A program made the position numbers and the translations under genes. From Elusimicrobiota bacterium (GTDB taxonomy: Bacteria; Elusimicrobiota; Elusimicrobia; F11), in the NCBI GenBank assembly GCA_044221725.1, contig JBGAON010000001.1:640001-704000 (forward strand): a stretch of DNA of 64,000 nucleotides, written 5' to 3'. Positions 9,901-19,338 of this stretch are shown here, one piece after another; within the stretch, counting starts at the first letter, position 1; each line of letters starts with the position of its first letter. The notes below the pieces were generated by a model, which was not told the DNA's origin, searched no databases, and saw only the letters and a list, made by a program, of their open reading frames with translations.

Positions 9901-10560
9901 GGCCTTAGTTTCTACACGAATCCCTCGTTGTTCCATACGTTGAGTGGAAGAGCCATGTGGCACTGGTTCCCAAAAAGTTTCGGTGTGACGGATACGTACA
10001 CGGCGTCTTTGGCTCTCGACTCCCGTTGGTCGGACTCGTTTGAAACGGAAGTTACCGGCGGGCGCGCGTTGTACGACACCGCTTCGGCCATCCAACACAA
10101 CGTGACGGAAGACTACGGAAATCTCTATCTCGCGTTTAAACCAGAACTGTGGAGAATATCGTTGAAAGCGTCGGGCGGGAATCTTTCCGACGACAATCAA
10201 CGTTACGGAGGGCAGGCCGGAATTTCACGCGACATAGCGTTCGGTTTCCGTGGCGTTTACCGTTACACGTACGACAATATGAAAGAAATCAGCCCGCTTT
10301 ATTACAGCCCGCAACAATTGCATCAGCATCAATTGGGTTTGCAATTTAAGCCGGCGTTCCGTGTGATCGAACCATCGCTCACGTACATGCCGGGTATCGG
10401 TAAGGAGCGGAACACAAACCAAACATTCGTGCAAGACATCGAAGCGGCGGTGCTCTTCCACATCGGTCGTCGCACGACACTAATGCCGTTCTACGGTCTC
10501 ACCAAAACTCCAACCTACACGCGCGACACGTACAACGTGCAGTTAACCATCCACTTTTAA
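6994..10560 (+). CDS. TPR repeat - CE4 polysaccharide deacetylase - outer-membrane beta-barrel fusion (PgaA/PgaB-like exporter)
   Basis: Signal peptide and ~550 aa of TPR-like repeats. CE4 motifs VPVLLYHG, LLTFDDG, FQSHADMGH, YAYPEG. Amphipathic beta-rich C-terminus ending VQLTIHF (terminal Phe). Confidence 0.8.
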   Translation: MKRNNRSCLFSAAALFILMASQVRAEDLGLLRSQALARYHEGRYEEAAQLYRKIIALRPGDVEMLRNLMWVLWKDERFNDAKRIATQLLAIDKNDAEATTIVRKAPTLALRAEANANFHAGRFTQANKLYKDLAALEPDNPSVLRDYMWSLWETGNYDEARDTAKKILTLNKSDQEAKDMLTKAPLASLRARAIQSYKAKRYQDAIDAYQKLLAHSPNSASILKDIYWCQWQLGHYKDVTDIATNLTELYPNDPEVWNLLGRAHVANDKLEEGLRAYNRSLELKPSQPDTQRVVGRLHVDLREFDNAIGVLSELEAKDPSIRTIYPQLAKAQFFKGFYSESAKNWAKAAQLYPENDNYKLHEARALYYNGQIPEAMTKLEKLANGNGPMKWMAIDFIVDDALSHRDIKTAIRMLETNLKGNVEPAQESRLLKLGTIYLDNHQSRKALQTLNRFLKLNPGNIPGLLIKADTLYDLGHNGAAARIYKQVQKLNPYSINAQEGLANAEFAAGNFHNALTAFDKAYALDPTDPYLMILEAHYMNESGLYKKGRNVLLRWLNENKNHQVVPVLLYHGLTPFNRDPMLAYPVHVRVSVFEDHIRALKSAGYTPITSEQLAAWYKKKGDLPKKPILLTFDDGRLDSFKYADPILQKYGFKATMFVPIANIEGHMPPSYVSWSQILQYQKSGRWEFQSHADMGHGRIDIDAKGRQGLFLVNRQWLEKENRLETVKEWEERVLNDHINAKKKIAQMLGKTPVAYAYPEGTYGQIDIVNSPEAVPVNIAAMKKEYQLAFHQDRFGLNVRTRDPMYLTRLEPNPAWTGEELVRYLQDKSPYVVIPRQLLWLALWNEKPRQADGYLKDLRNAGASQVVLLGEEGRIRSALGDVPGARQSINAARAHGADADNDKLFASIDVQGGRLWSPAYTFTEDNRRRRNSIFEQTLRPFKVSKFNVGIDYMYGSYREVGVSTITQNGAGLSFYTNPSLFHTLSGRAMWHWFPKSFGVTDTYTASLALDSRWSDSFETEVTGGRALYDTASAIQHNVTEDYGNLYLAFKPELWRISLKASGGNLSDDNQRYGGQAGISRDIAFGFRGVYRYTYDNMKEISPLYYSPQQLHQHQLGLQFKPAFRVIEPSLTYMPGIGKERNTNQTFVQDIEAAVLFHIGRRTTLMPFYGLTKTPTYTRDTYNVQLTIHF

Positions 10561-10628
10561 AAGCTGCGACTGCGGTGCCCCTCACCTCATCCCTCTCCTC
10601 GCCACCGCGAGGAGAGGGAACGCAGCTT
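10561..10628. repeat. BoxC/REP-like palindromic element
   Basis: CCCCTCACCTCAT-CCCTCTCCTCGC-cacc-GCGAGGAGAGGG, nested inside the outer inverted repeat AAGCTGCG/CGCAGCTT. Confidence 0.6.
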
Positions 10629-10696
10629 TGTTGCATACATTTCTCATACCCATGGCTAAAGAAATCTTACATGGGAGTCAGAAATGGAGAAATATC

Positions 10697-11095
10697 ATGA
10701 AAAATCAAACAGTTTCGCTGTTCCTTTTAACCGTGGTGTTTTCAAATTTCAGTTTTGCCGATGTTCCCTACCCCGGTCCAGACAACCCGCCGCCCACGGC
10801 TCCGACCCCTGGTAGTGGATATCGGTCTCCCGAATCCTATTATCCAAAGGAGAATCCGTTTGAAGGTATCGGTCAGCGCGCCGGGGTGGGGACCAGTCCG
10901 TGCGACAGCCTCTGGGAACAGATCCGTCGTATTCAATCCGACTTAATTTATTTGCACGCTCAGCGAAATCACCTTCTTGCAAATGGGAGCAACGAAGGCG
11001 ACGACTGCATTCAGGGCATTGATAGGCAAATTGCCTCCGATACAACTCGGTTGGATGCACTTGAGGCGCAATTCACTGCGCTTAATTGCCAATAG
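10697..11095 (+). CDS. Small secreted hypothetical protein (Pro-rich N-terminus, Cys-containing helical C-terminus)
   Basis: GGAG upstream of ATG 10697; signal peptide MKNQTVSLFLLTVVFSNFSFA. Confidence 0.6.
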   Translation: MKNQTVSLFLLTVVFSNFSFADVPYPGPDNPPPTAPTPGSGYRSPESYYPKENPFEGIGQRAGVGTSPCDSLWEQIRRIQSDLIYLHAQRNHLLANGSNEGDDCIQGIDRQIASDTTRLDALEAQFTALNCQ

Positions 11096-11117
11096 AGACT
11101 GAGCTCCGGCTTCCGGC

Positions 11118-12944
11118 TTATTCCACCGTCACGCTTTTTGCGAGGTTGCGGGGTTGGTCGACGTCGCAGCCGCGTAGCACCGCGATGTGGTACGCGAGCA
11201 TTTGCAACGGAATAATTGTCAGTAGTGGCGACAGAAATTCGTGGGTGCGCGGTACCGCGATCACGTGATCCGCTTTGTCGCTAACTTCGGTGTCTATTTC
11301 GTTCGTGATAGCGATCACGCGCCCACCGCGCGCTTTTACTTCCTGAATATTCGAAATCATTTTTTCTTTAATCGATGAATCGGTGGCGATGGCGACCACC
11401 GGCAAGCCTTCTTCGATAAGCGCAATCGGCCCGTGTTTCATTTCGCCGGCCGGATATCCTTCCGCATGGATGTACGAAATTTCCTTTAATTTCAAGGCCC
11501 CTTCCAACGCCACGGGATAATTCAAGTGGCGTCCCAAGAAAAGAAAATCTTTCGCGCGATAATATTCGCGCGCCACGTCCTCAACGATGCCGCTTTTGTC
11601 GAGAAATACTTGAAGCATGTGCGGTAGATAGTCCAGTTCTTTGAGAATCAATCGTTGCTGCGACAACGGAATCGTGTTTCGGCATTCGGCGATGTAAAGT
11701 GACAACAGAAGAAGCGCCGTCAATTGCCCGGTGAACGCTTTCGTGGAAGCCACGCCGATTTCGGGACCACAGTGCGTGTACAGCGTGTTGTCCGCGTCGC
11801 GCGTAACCGTTGAGCCGAGCACGTTGCAAACGGACAACGTCGGAAAACCTTTTCGTTTGCAGTCGCGCAGCGCCGCCAGCGTGTCGGCCGTTTCGCCGGA
11901 TTGCGAAATCGCCGTGATGAGGGTTCCTGGCTCCTTGCTGGCTTTCATGTAGCGAAATTCGCTGGCGATTTCGACGTCGCACGGTATCTTTGCTAACTCT
12001 TCCATCCAAAATCGCGCGACGAGCCCCGCGTGATAAGACGTTCCGCATCCAACCAAGCAAATTTTTGGAATTTCTTCGGCAAGTTTACGAGGGAGTGCTT
12101 CTTCGAGTTTTACCGACGCTTTGTTGAGATCAATCCGACCGCGAAATGTGTTTTGAATCGTCTCGGCCTGCTCGTGGATTTCTTTGAGCATAAAATGCTT
12201 GCGGCCATTTTTCTGGGCCATCTTCGCGTCCCACTTGATTTCTTTGACGGGGCGATTCACGAGGGTTCCTTTTCGGTCGTAAATTTGGAGGCGTTGCTGC
12301 CGAATTTCGGCCATATCGCCATCCTCGAGGAAAATAACGTTGCGCGTGTGATTGAGCAGCGCCGGCACGTCGGAAGCGATCATCATCTCTTTGTTGCCGA
12401 CGCCGATGACGAGAGGCGAATCTTTTCGTACCGCAATGAAGCGATCTCTTTCATCGGCCGAAACCACGCCCAACGCATACGAACCTTTTACGTTCTCAAG
12501 CGCCCTTTTGACAGCTTCAAGAATGTCGCCGTTGTAGAACTCTTCGATGATGTGCGCGAGAACCTCGGTGTCGGTTTGTGACTTGAAGATATGTCCTTTG
12601 CCCGTGAGATCGTGTTTCAAAACGTCATAGTTCTCGATGATGCCGTTATGAACAACGAAAATTTTGCTCTTGCAGCAGGAGTGGGGGTGAGCGTTTTCTT
12701 TGGTCGGGCGTCCATGGGTGGCCCAGCGCGTGTGACCAAGCCCCAACGACCCGTGCAGCGGGCGTTCTTTGATCAGGTTTTCGAGCGCGGCCAATTTTCC
12801 AATGCTTCTCACCAATTGGACTTCGCCACCATTCAAAATCGCCAAGCCGGCCGAATCGTATCCCCGGTATTCCAAACTTTTAAGCCCTTGAACGAGCACA
12901 TCCGACGCTTCTTTATCTCCAATATAACCCACAATTCCGCACAT
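11118..12944 (-). CDS. glmS: Glutamine--fructose-6-phosphate aminotransferase
   Basis: MCGIVG N-terminus, EYRGYDSAG, GHTRWATHG, SQSGETADT, C-terminal PRNLAKSVTVE. Confidence 0.98.
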   Translation of the reverse strand: MCGIVGYIGDKEASDVLVQGLKSLEYRGYDSAGLAILNGGEVQLVRSIGKLAALENLIKERPLHGSLGLGHTRWATHGRPTKENAHPHSCCKSKIFVVHNGIIENYDVLKHDLTGKGHIFKSQTDTEVLAHIIEEFYNGDILEAVKRALENVKGSYALGVVSADERDRFIAVRKDSPLVIGVGNKEMMIASDVPALLNHTRNVIFLEDGDMAEIRQQRLQIYDRKGTLVNRPVKEIKWDAKMAQKNGRKHFMLKEIHEQAETIQNTFRGRIDLNKASVKLEEALPRKLAEEIPKICLVGCGTSYHAGLVARFWMEELAKIPCDVEIASEFRYMKASKEPGTLITAISQSGETADTLAALRDCKRKGFPTLSVCNVLGSTVTRDADNTLYTHCGPEIGVASTKAFTGQLTALLLLSLYIAECRNTIPLSQQRLILKELDYLPHMLQVFLDKSGIVEDVAREYYRAKDFLFLGRHLNYPVALEGALKLKEISYIHAEGYPAGEMKHGPIALIEEGLPVVAIATDSSIKEKMISNIQEVKARGGRVIAITNEIDTEVSDKADHVIAVPRTHEFLSPLLTIIPLQMLAYHIAVLRGCDVDQPRNLAKSVTVE

Positions 12945-12953
12945 AGACGTTCC

Positions 12954-12971
12954 TCCTTATATATATAAGGA
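12954..12971. promoter_or_regulatory. Perfect 18-bp palindrome overlapping the glmS Shine-Dalgarno
   Basis: TCCTTATATATATAAGGA; on the minus strand it runs into AAGGAGGAACGTCT-ATG. Confidence 0.5.
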
Positions 12972-13002
12972 TTGGACAATCCAGCCCGCCGGGGGGTTAC
13001 AT

Positions 13003-14643
13003 TTAGGCTAAGAGAGAGGACTTGTTTTCGGACGCTTCGATCGAGTCAAAAAATACGGTGTCCGGCGTTGTGTTGTCAGGTTTGTAAACGGGCAGGCGAA
13101 AACGAAATGTGGATCCTTTGCCGAGCTCAGAGTCCACCCAAATGCTGCCGTTATGACCTTCGACAATCTTTTTAACAATGGCGAGACCCATTCCGGTGCC
13201 CGGGTATTTGTGCCACGTGTGAAGGCGTTGGAAAATTCCAAAAATTCTCTCGAAGTGGCTTGGATCAATTCCGATGCCGTTGTCGCGGACCGAAAAACTC
13301 CATTCGTCTCCGTCCCGTTCGGCGTCGATGCGAATCTGCGGGGCGCATTCACTTCGAAACTTGATCGCGTTGCTGATTAAATTTTGAAACAACTGGCTCA
13401 TCGAAACGCGGCTCGCAAAAACTGTCGGAAGAGAGCCCACGGACACTTCGGCGTTCGCGGTCTTGATCTGCAATTCAAGATTGAGCAACGCGTTTTTTAC
13501 GGTTCGATTAAGATCGACCGGTTCAAACGCTTTTTCCTTCGTCACGATGCGCGAGTATCGAAGCAGATTGTCAATCAGTTCGCTCATGCGCGAGGCGGCT
13601 CCTTGAATGCGCGTGAGATATTCCCGTCCCTTATCTGAAATTCCGGTGCCTTCGGATTTGAGCAGGTCGCCAAAATTAAGAATTTTTCGCAGTGGTTCTT
13701 GAAGATCATGCGAGGCCGAAAACGCAAATTGCTCCAGTTCCTTGTTGGAGCGGAGCAATTCTTTCGCTTGTCGTTCCAGTTCTTCGGTCGCTTGTTTACG
13801 ACCATGAATATCGGTGCACGTCACAATCCAGCCGGCGGGCCGAAATTCCGAGTCTCTTTGCAGCACGCCCCGGATCAAATGCCAGCGTTCCGGTTCATCG
13901 TCTCTTCCGTTGCGAATGCGGCCTTCGCCCTCAAAATTTTCGTTTCGCTCTTGTGCTTTGTCCCATATCGACAAGATCAGTGCGAGATCGCTCGCGTTAA
14001 ACGCTTTTTGCCAGCCGTGCCCCATCGATTTATCGGATGCAAAGCCAGTGTATTCAAACCAAATGCGATTGAAGTAGTCGGCCGATCGGTTCACCCCGGT
14101 GCGCCAGACGATATGAGGAACGGAATTCGCCAAGTCTTGATATTGGCGCAGGTTCTTTAATTCCATTTCGGCCAACTGGCGGGATCGCTCGCGTTGTTCG
14201 GCCTCAACCAGCAATCGCGCCTGTCGTTTTATTTTTTTGTTTTTATCGTAGAGCTCGACGAGCACCGCTACTTTGGACTTTAGAATCAGCGGGTCGAACG
14301 GTTTGAAGATGTAATCAACGGCGCCGCAGTCGTAGCCACGATAAACATGCGCTTCTTCTTTGTTGATCGCCGTAATGAAAATAATCGACGTGTTTTTCGC
14401 ACTTTCGATTTCGTTTATGCAACGGGCCGTCTCAAAACCGTCCATGCCGGGCATCTGCACGTCGAGCAAAATCACGGCGAAGTCGCGTTCGGTGACCATC
14501 TTGATGGCCTCAATGCCCGAGGCCGCTTGATAGCACGTGTATCCGAGGCCATCGAGAACCGCCTCGAGCGTCAGTCGCCCTTCGGGGCGGTCGTCGACGA
14601 TGAGAATATCGATCTTGTCGTCTTCGTCCGCTTTCGCGGACAT
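13003..14643 (-). CDS. REC-PAS-HisKA-HATPase sensor histidine kinase
   Basis: ILIVDD / LLDVQMPGMDG / KP receiver; PAS (YFNRIWFEYTG); SHDLQEPLRKI H-box; NLISNAIKF, DNGIG, GTGMGL. Start at a TAATG overlap with the upstream gene. Confidence 0.92.
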   Translation of the reverse strand: MSAKADEDDKIDILIVDDRPEGRLTLEAVLDGLGYTCYQAASGIEAIKMVTERDFAVILLDVQMPGMDGFETARCINEIESAKNTSIIFITAINKEEAHVYRGYDCGAVDYIFKPFDPLILKSKVAVLVELYDKNKKIKRQARLLVEAEQRERSRQLAEMELKNLRQYQDLANSVPHIVWRTGVNRSADYFNRIWFEYTGFASDKSMGHGWQKAFNASDLALILSIWDKAQERNENFEGEGRIRNGRDDEPERWHLIRGVLQRDSEFRPAGWIVTCTDIHGRKQATEELERQAKELLRSNKELEQFAFSASHDLQEPLRKILNFGDLLKSEGTGISDKGREYLTRIQGAASRMSELIDNLLRYSRIVTKEKAFEPVDLNRTVKNALLNLELQIKTANAEVSVGSLPTVFASRVSMSQLFQNLISNAIKFRSECAPQIRIDAERDGDEWSFSVRDNGIGIDPSHFERIFGIFQRLHTWHKYPGTGMGLAIVKKIVEGHNGSIWVDSELGKGSTFRFRLPVYKPDNTTPDTVFFDSIEASENKSSLLA

Positions 14644-17600
14644 TATTGCTTCGACACTTTTGTTAACCATATATGGATTAGCGACAACAGTTTCTCAGGA
14701 TCAACCGGCTTCGTGATGTAGTCCGATAGCCCTGCCTGCAAACATCGTTCCTGATCTTCTTTCATTGCTTTGGCCGTGAGCGCCACGACCGGCGTTGTTT
14801 TGAACAGCGGATTTTTTCGAATTATCCGTGTGGCTTCCAAGCCGTCCATGCCGGGCATCATGATGTCCATGAGCACGACGTTAACGGCCGGATTCTCCTC
14901 GAGCCGCTTAATTCCGTCTTGCGCATTTTCGGCGGCCAATACCTTGATCCCGCGGTCTTCCAATGCCGTCTTCACGGCGAAGATATTTCGGTTGTCATCA
15001 TCGATCAACAGCACTTGGCAGCCGTCGAATTTGAACCCTTCTGGCAATGGCGGCAACGTGGGAATCGCTGCCGGTGTGCTCGGCGCCGCGGATTCCACGA
15101 TTCCCGAGTACTGTTCCGGTAAATAGAGCGTAAATACGCTGCCCTCCCCCGGACTGCTTTCCACTTCGAGAATTCCACCGAGTAGGCGCGCGATTTCGCG
15201 ACTGATGGTGAGGCCGAGGCCCGTGCCGCCGAAGCGACGGCTGGTTGTTCCGTCGGCCTGTTGGAACGCCTCGAAGATGATCTTTTGCTTTTCTTTAGGA
15301 ATTCCGATACCCGTGTCCGCCACCGAGAACGCGATCACGTTGCGAGCTTGATTCAGGGCTTCGACCATGAATTTTTGATTCTTCGGAGCGCGATGAATTT
15401 TGAGTGACACCGTGCCTTTCTCTGTAAACTTAAACGCATTGGACAAAAGGTTTTTAAGAATCTGCTGCAGACGGTTTGGGTCGGTGTGGATTTCTTCGGG
15501 ACGGCTTGTCGCATTCGCGAACGAAAACCGCAGCCCTTTGTGATCCGCGACGGGCCGGAAGCTCTGCTCGAGATATTCTTGCACCTCGGAGATTGGCACG
15601 TTGCGCGGTTCGATCGGCATTTTGCCCGCTTCGACCTTCGACAGATCCAAAATCTCGTTGATCAATGACAGCAAGTCGCAGCCAGAGGAGTGAATCGTCT
15701 GTGCGTACTTCACTTGTTCCGGCGTCAGATTATGGTTTTTGTTTTCGGTCAGCATTTTCGACAGGATCAGCAAGATGTTGAGCGGCGTTCGCAGTTCGTG
15801 TGACATGTTCGCTAAGAACTCAGACTTATATTTCGAGATCAGCGAGAGCTGCTCGGCTTTTTCTTCGAGAGACAGGCTGGCGAGCTCGATTTCTTGGTTT
15901 TTAAGTTCAAGCAGTTTTGCTTTCTCTTCGAGTTCCTTGGCCTGCATTTCGAGTTCGGCGTTTGACTTCTGAAGTTGTTTCAGAAGCTCTTCTGTTCGCA
16001 TGTTCGACTCAATGATGTTCATGATGACGCCGATGTTGTCCATCAATTGATCAAGGAAGATGAGGTCGTTTGCCGAGAAACGTCGGAAGGACGCCAGTTC
16101 GATCACCGCTTTTAGTTCGCCTTCGAAAAGCACCGGCAGTATGACGATATGGTTTGGTGCGGCTCCGCCAAGACTCGAGCTGATTTTCAAATAGCCTTCG
16201 GGTGGCGCATTTAGAATGATGCGCTTCTTTTCGAATCCGCATTGTCCCACGAGTCCTTCGTGCATCCGCACCTCGAGAGGCACATTGTCATCCTGCTTCA
16301 CACCATACGACGCTATCATCCGAAGAATTGTTTGCGGTGCCGCCATGTCATAAATGAAAAACGTACCGTAATGCGCTTCGATAAGCGGCGTAAGTTCGGA
16401 CATGATGAGTTGCGCGACAGCCTTGATACTTCGTTGGCCCTGCATCATTTCGGTGAATTTCGCGATGTTCGTTTTCAACCAGTCCTGTTCGCGATTTTTT
16501 TGCGTTGTGTCTTTAAGGTTCGCGATCATCTGATTGATGTTGTCCTTGAGCGCGGCCACTTCTCCCTGCGCTTTCACGGCAATGGAGCGCGTTAAGTCTC
16601 CTTTTGTCACGGCGGTGGAAACTTCAGCGATTGCGCGCACTTGCGTGGTCAAATTTCCGGCCAGCTGATTTACGTTTTCGGTTAAGTCCTTCCAAATACC
16701 GGCAGCGCCCGGCACTTTCGCTTGGCCGCCCAGCTTTCCTTCAATACCCACTTCGCGCGCCACGCTCGTCACCTGATCGGCGAACGTGCGCAGAGTGTCG
16801 GTCATGCTGTTGATCGTTTCGGCGAGCGCGGCCACCTCGCCCTGCGCTTCGAGCACAAATTTTTGGCTCAAGTCGCCGTTCGCCACCGCCGTTACCGTTT
16901 CCACGATGCCGCGCACTTGCTTCGTAAGATTCGCGGCCATAACGTTCACGTTTTCGGTTAAGTCTTTCCAAATACCGGCAGCGCCCGGCACTTTCGCTTG
17001 ACCGCCCAGCTTTCCTTCAATGCCCACTTCGCGCGCCACGCTTGTCACCTGATCGGCGAACGTGCGCAGAGTGTCGGTCATGCTGTTGATCGTTTCGGCG
17101 AGCGCGGCCACCTCGCCCTGCGCTTCGAGCACAAATTTTTGGCTCAAGTCACCGTTGGCGACGGCGGTCACGACTTTCACAATACCGCGCACTTGCTTCG
17201 TGAGATTCGACGCCATGATATTCACGTTATCGGTCAAATCTTTCCAAGTTCCCGATACACCGATAACGGCCGCTTGGCCGCCCAATTTTCCTTCGGTGCC
17301 CACTTCTTTCGCAACGCGCGTCACTTCGGCGGCAAACGATCGCAGCTGGTCCACCATGGTGTTGATCGTTTCTTTGAGTTCCAAAATTTCGCCGCGAGCA
17401 TCGACCGTGATTTTTTGCGACAAGTCGCCGCGCGCAACGGCGGTCGTCACTTTCGCGATGTTGCGCACTTGGTCCGTTAGGTTTTTCGCGAGACCGTTCA
17501 CGTTATCGGTTAAGTCTTTCCAAGTTCCCGACACCCCTCGCACGTCCGCTTGACCACCCAAAATTCCGTCCGTGCCCACCTCTTTGGCCATACGCGTTAC

Positions 17601-19274
17601 TTCGGCGGCAAACGAGTTTAGTTGGTCCACCATTGTGTTGATCGTGGTCTTTAGTTCAAAAATTTCGCCCTTCGCGCCGACCGTGATTTTCTGAGACAAG
17701 TCGCCGCGCGCCACGGCGGTGGTCACTTTCGCAATGTTGCGCACTTGGTCCGTTAGGTTTTTCGCGAGACCGTTCACGTTGTCGGTTAAGTCTTTCCAGG
17801 TTCCGGACACCCCTTTCACGTCGGCTTGTCCGCCCAATTTTCCTTCGGTTCCCACTTCTTTCGCAACGCGCGTCACTTCGGCGGCAAACGATCGCAGCTG
17901 GTCCACCATGGTGTTGATCGTTTCTTTGAGTTCCAAAATTTCGCCGCGAGCGTCGACCGTGATTTTCTGCGACAAGTCGCCGCGCGCAACGGCGGTCGTC
18001 ACTTTCGCGATGTTGCGCACTTGGTCCGTTAGGTTTTTCGCGAGACCGTTCACGTTATCGGTTAAGTCTTTCCAGGTTCCCGAGACACCTTTCACGTTTG
18101 CTTGGCCTCCGAGTTTTCCTTCGGTTCCTACTTCTTTGGCCATACGCGTTACTTCGGCCGCGAAAGAACGAAGTTGATCCACCATCGTGTTGATGGTTTC
18201 TTTGAGTTCCAAAATTTCGCCTTTCGCGTCGACCGTGATTTTTTGCGACAGGTCGCCGCGCGCAACGGCGGTCGTCACTTTCGCGATGTTACGTACTTGG
18301 TTGGTGAGATTGCCGGCAAGACCGTTCACGTTGTCGGTTAAGTCCTTCCAAGTTCCCGAGACCCCTTTCACGATGGCCTGGCCTCCGAGTTTCCCTTCGG
18401 TTCCCACTTCTTTCGCCATTCTCGTCACTTCGGCCGCGAACGAATTGAGCTGGTCCACCATTGTGTTAATCGTGGTCTTTAGCTCAAAGATTTCGCCTTT
18501 GGCGTCGACCGTGATTTTCTGCGACAAGTCGCCCCGAGCAACAGCGGTTGTCACCTTCGCGATGTTGCGCACCTGGTCGGTAAGATTTCCGGCCAGATTG
18601 TTCACGTTATCGGTTAAATCTTTCCAAATGCCCGACACGCCTTTCACATTCGCTTGTCCACCCAATTTTCCTTCGGTACCCACTTCTTTCGCAACACGCG
18701 TCACTTCCGATGCGAATGAGTTCAGCTGGTCCACCATTTCGTTCACGGTGATACCGATGCGCGCGAATTCTCCTTTCAATGGTCGCCCGCGGATTTGCAT
18801 GGATGTTTTCTGAGAAAGGTCTCCTTTTGCGACGGATGTGATTACGCGCGCCACTTCGTTAGCGGATTGAACGAGGTCGTTAATGACAGCACTCACCGAC
18901 TCGATACCGGCGGTCCACGCTCCGCGCGCGGGGCCGAGTGTGCCACGCTCCGGCATTTTTCCTTCTTTGGCAACGGTCTCGCTGACGCGCATTAATTGGA
19001 ACGAGAAATTCTGATTGATCTCAATGATTTCATTCAATATATCGCCGGCTTCAGCGAGGGGGCCTTCCTCGGCGACAGGAAATCGAACAGTAAAGTCTCC
19101 TCGCCGTATCGCTTTCAGCGTGCTCACCAACGACTTTAATTCGGTTCGACTAATAAGGTAGCGGAAATCCGATGGCGATCCGTGGGAATTTGCGGCATTG
19201 GCGACAGCCTTTCTTTTTTTTGGTTCCTTGTGGCTGGGCACCGAGAGCACCGCGGAATTAGTTGATTGATCCAT
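14643..19274 (-). CDS. Poly-HAMP hybrid histidine kinase (HAMP repeats-GAF-HisKA-HATPase-REC), group III/OsaA-like
   Basis: Eight 'WKDLT(D/E)NVN' 92-aa units; [32 protein letters not shown]-terminal receiver [11 protein letters not shown]. Confidence 0.95.
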   Translation of the reverse strand: MDQSTNSAVLSVPSHKEPKKRKAVANAANSHGSPSDFRYLISRTELKSLVSTLKAIRRGDFTVRFPVAEEGPLAEAGDILNEIIEINQNFSFQLMRVSETVAKEGKMPERGTLGPARGAWTAGIESVSAVINDLVQSANEVARVITSVAKGDLSQKTSMQIRGRPLKGEFARIGITVNEMVDQLNSFASEVTRVAKEVGTEGKLGGQANVKGVSGIWKDLTDNVNNLAGNLTDQVRNIAKVTTAVARGDLSQKITVDAKGEIFELKTTINTMVDQLNSFAAEVTRMAKEVGTEGKLGGQAIVKGVSGTWKDLTDNVNGLAGNLTNQVRNIAKVTTAVARGDLSQKITVDAKGEILELKETINTMVDQLRSFAAEVTRMAKEVGTEGKLGGQANVKGVSGTWKDLTDNVNGLAKNLTDQVRNIAKVTTAVARGDLSQKITVDARGEILELKETINTMVDQLRSFAAEVTRVAKEVGTEGKLGGQADVKGVSGTWKDLTDNVNGLAKNLTDQVRNIAKVTTAVARGDLSQKITVGAKGEIFELKTTINTMVDQLNSFAAEVTRMAKEVGTDGILGGQADVRGVSGTWKDLTDNVNGLAKNLTDQVRNIAKVTTAVARGDLSQKITVDARGEILELKETINTMVDQLRSFAAEVTRVAKEVGTEGKLGGQAAVIGVSGTWKDLTDNVNIMASNLTKQVRGIVKVVTAVANGDLSQKFVLEAQGEVAALAETINSMTDTLRTFADQVTSVAREVGIEGKLGGQAKVPGAAGIWKDLTENVNVMAANLTKQVRGIVETVTAVANGDLSQKFVLEAQGEVAALAETINSMTDTLRTFADQVTSVAREVGIEGKLGGQAKVPGAAGIWKDLTENVNQLAGNLTTQVRAIAEVSTAVTKGDLTRSIAVKAQGEVAALKDNINQMIANLKDTTQKNREQDWLKTNIAKFTEMMQGQRSIKAVAQLIMSELTPLIEAHYGTFFIYDMAAPQTILRMIASYGVKQDDNVPLEVRMHEGLVGQCGFEKKRIILNAPPEGYLKISSSLGGAAPNHIVILPVLFEGELKAVIELASFRRFSANDLIFLDQLMDNIGVIMNIIESNMRTEELLKQLQKSNAELEMQAKELEEKAKLLELKNQEIELASLSLEEKAEQLSLISKYKSEFLANMSHELRTPLNILLILSKMLTENKNHNLTPEQVKYAQTIHSSGCDLLSLINEILDLSKVEAGKMPIEPRNVPISEVQEYLEQSFRPVADHKGLRFSFANATSRPEEIHTDPNRLQQILKNLLSNAFKFTEKGTVSLKIHRAPKNQKFMVEALNQARNVIAFSVADTGIGIPKEKQKIIFEAFQQADGTTSRRFGGTGLGLTISREIARLLGGILEVESSPGEGSVFTLYLPEQYSGIVESAAPSTPAAIPTLPPLPEGFKFDGCQVLLIDDDNRNIFAVKTALEDRGIKVLAAENAQDGIKRLEENPAVNVVLMDIMMPGMDGLEATRIIRKNPLFKTTPVVALTAKAMKEDQERCLQAGLSDYITKPVDPEKLLSLIHIWLTKVSKQ
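16560..18760 (-). repeat. Tandem 276-bp intragenic repeats encoding HAMP units
   Basis: For example CCAAATACCGGCAGCGCCCGGCACTTTCGCTTG at 16692 and 16968 (period 276). Further near-identical copies run through ~18.7 kb; boundaries approximate. Confidence 0.9.
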
Positions 19275-19338
19275 TGAAGCCTCCAGAATTTACTTGCGAA
19301 TTTAAATTGTTAGAATAATTTTCGAGGTGCGATGAATT

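Noticed and set aside
12945..13002. glmS ribozyme
   Set aside because: The intergenic gap is only 58 bp and no ribozyme core is recognisable.
16560..18760. Regularly spaced DNA repeats as a possible CRISPR array or mobile repeat
   Set aside because: The 276-bp period is in frame inside the kinase and encodes HAMP units; there are no unique spacers or cas genes.
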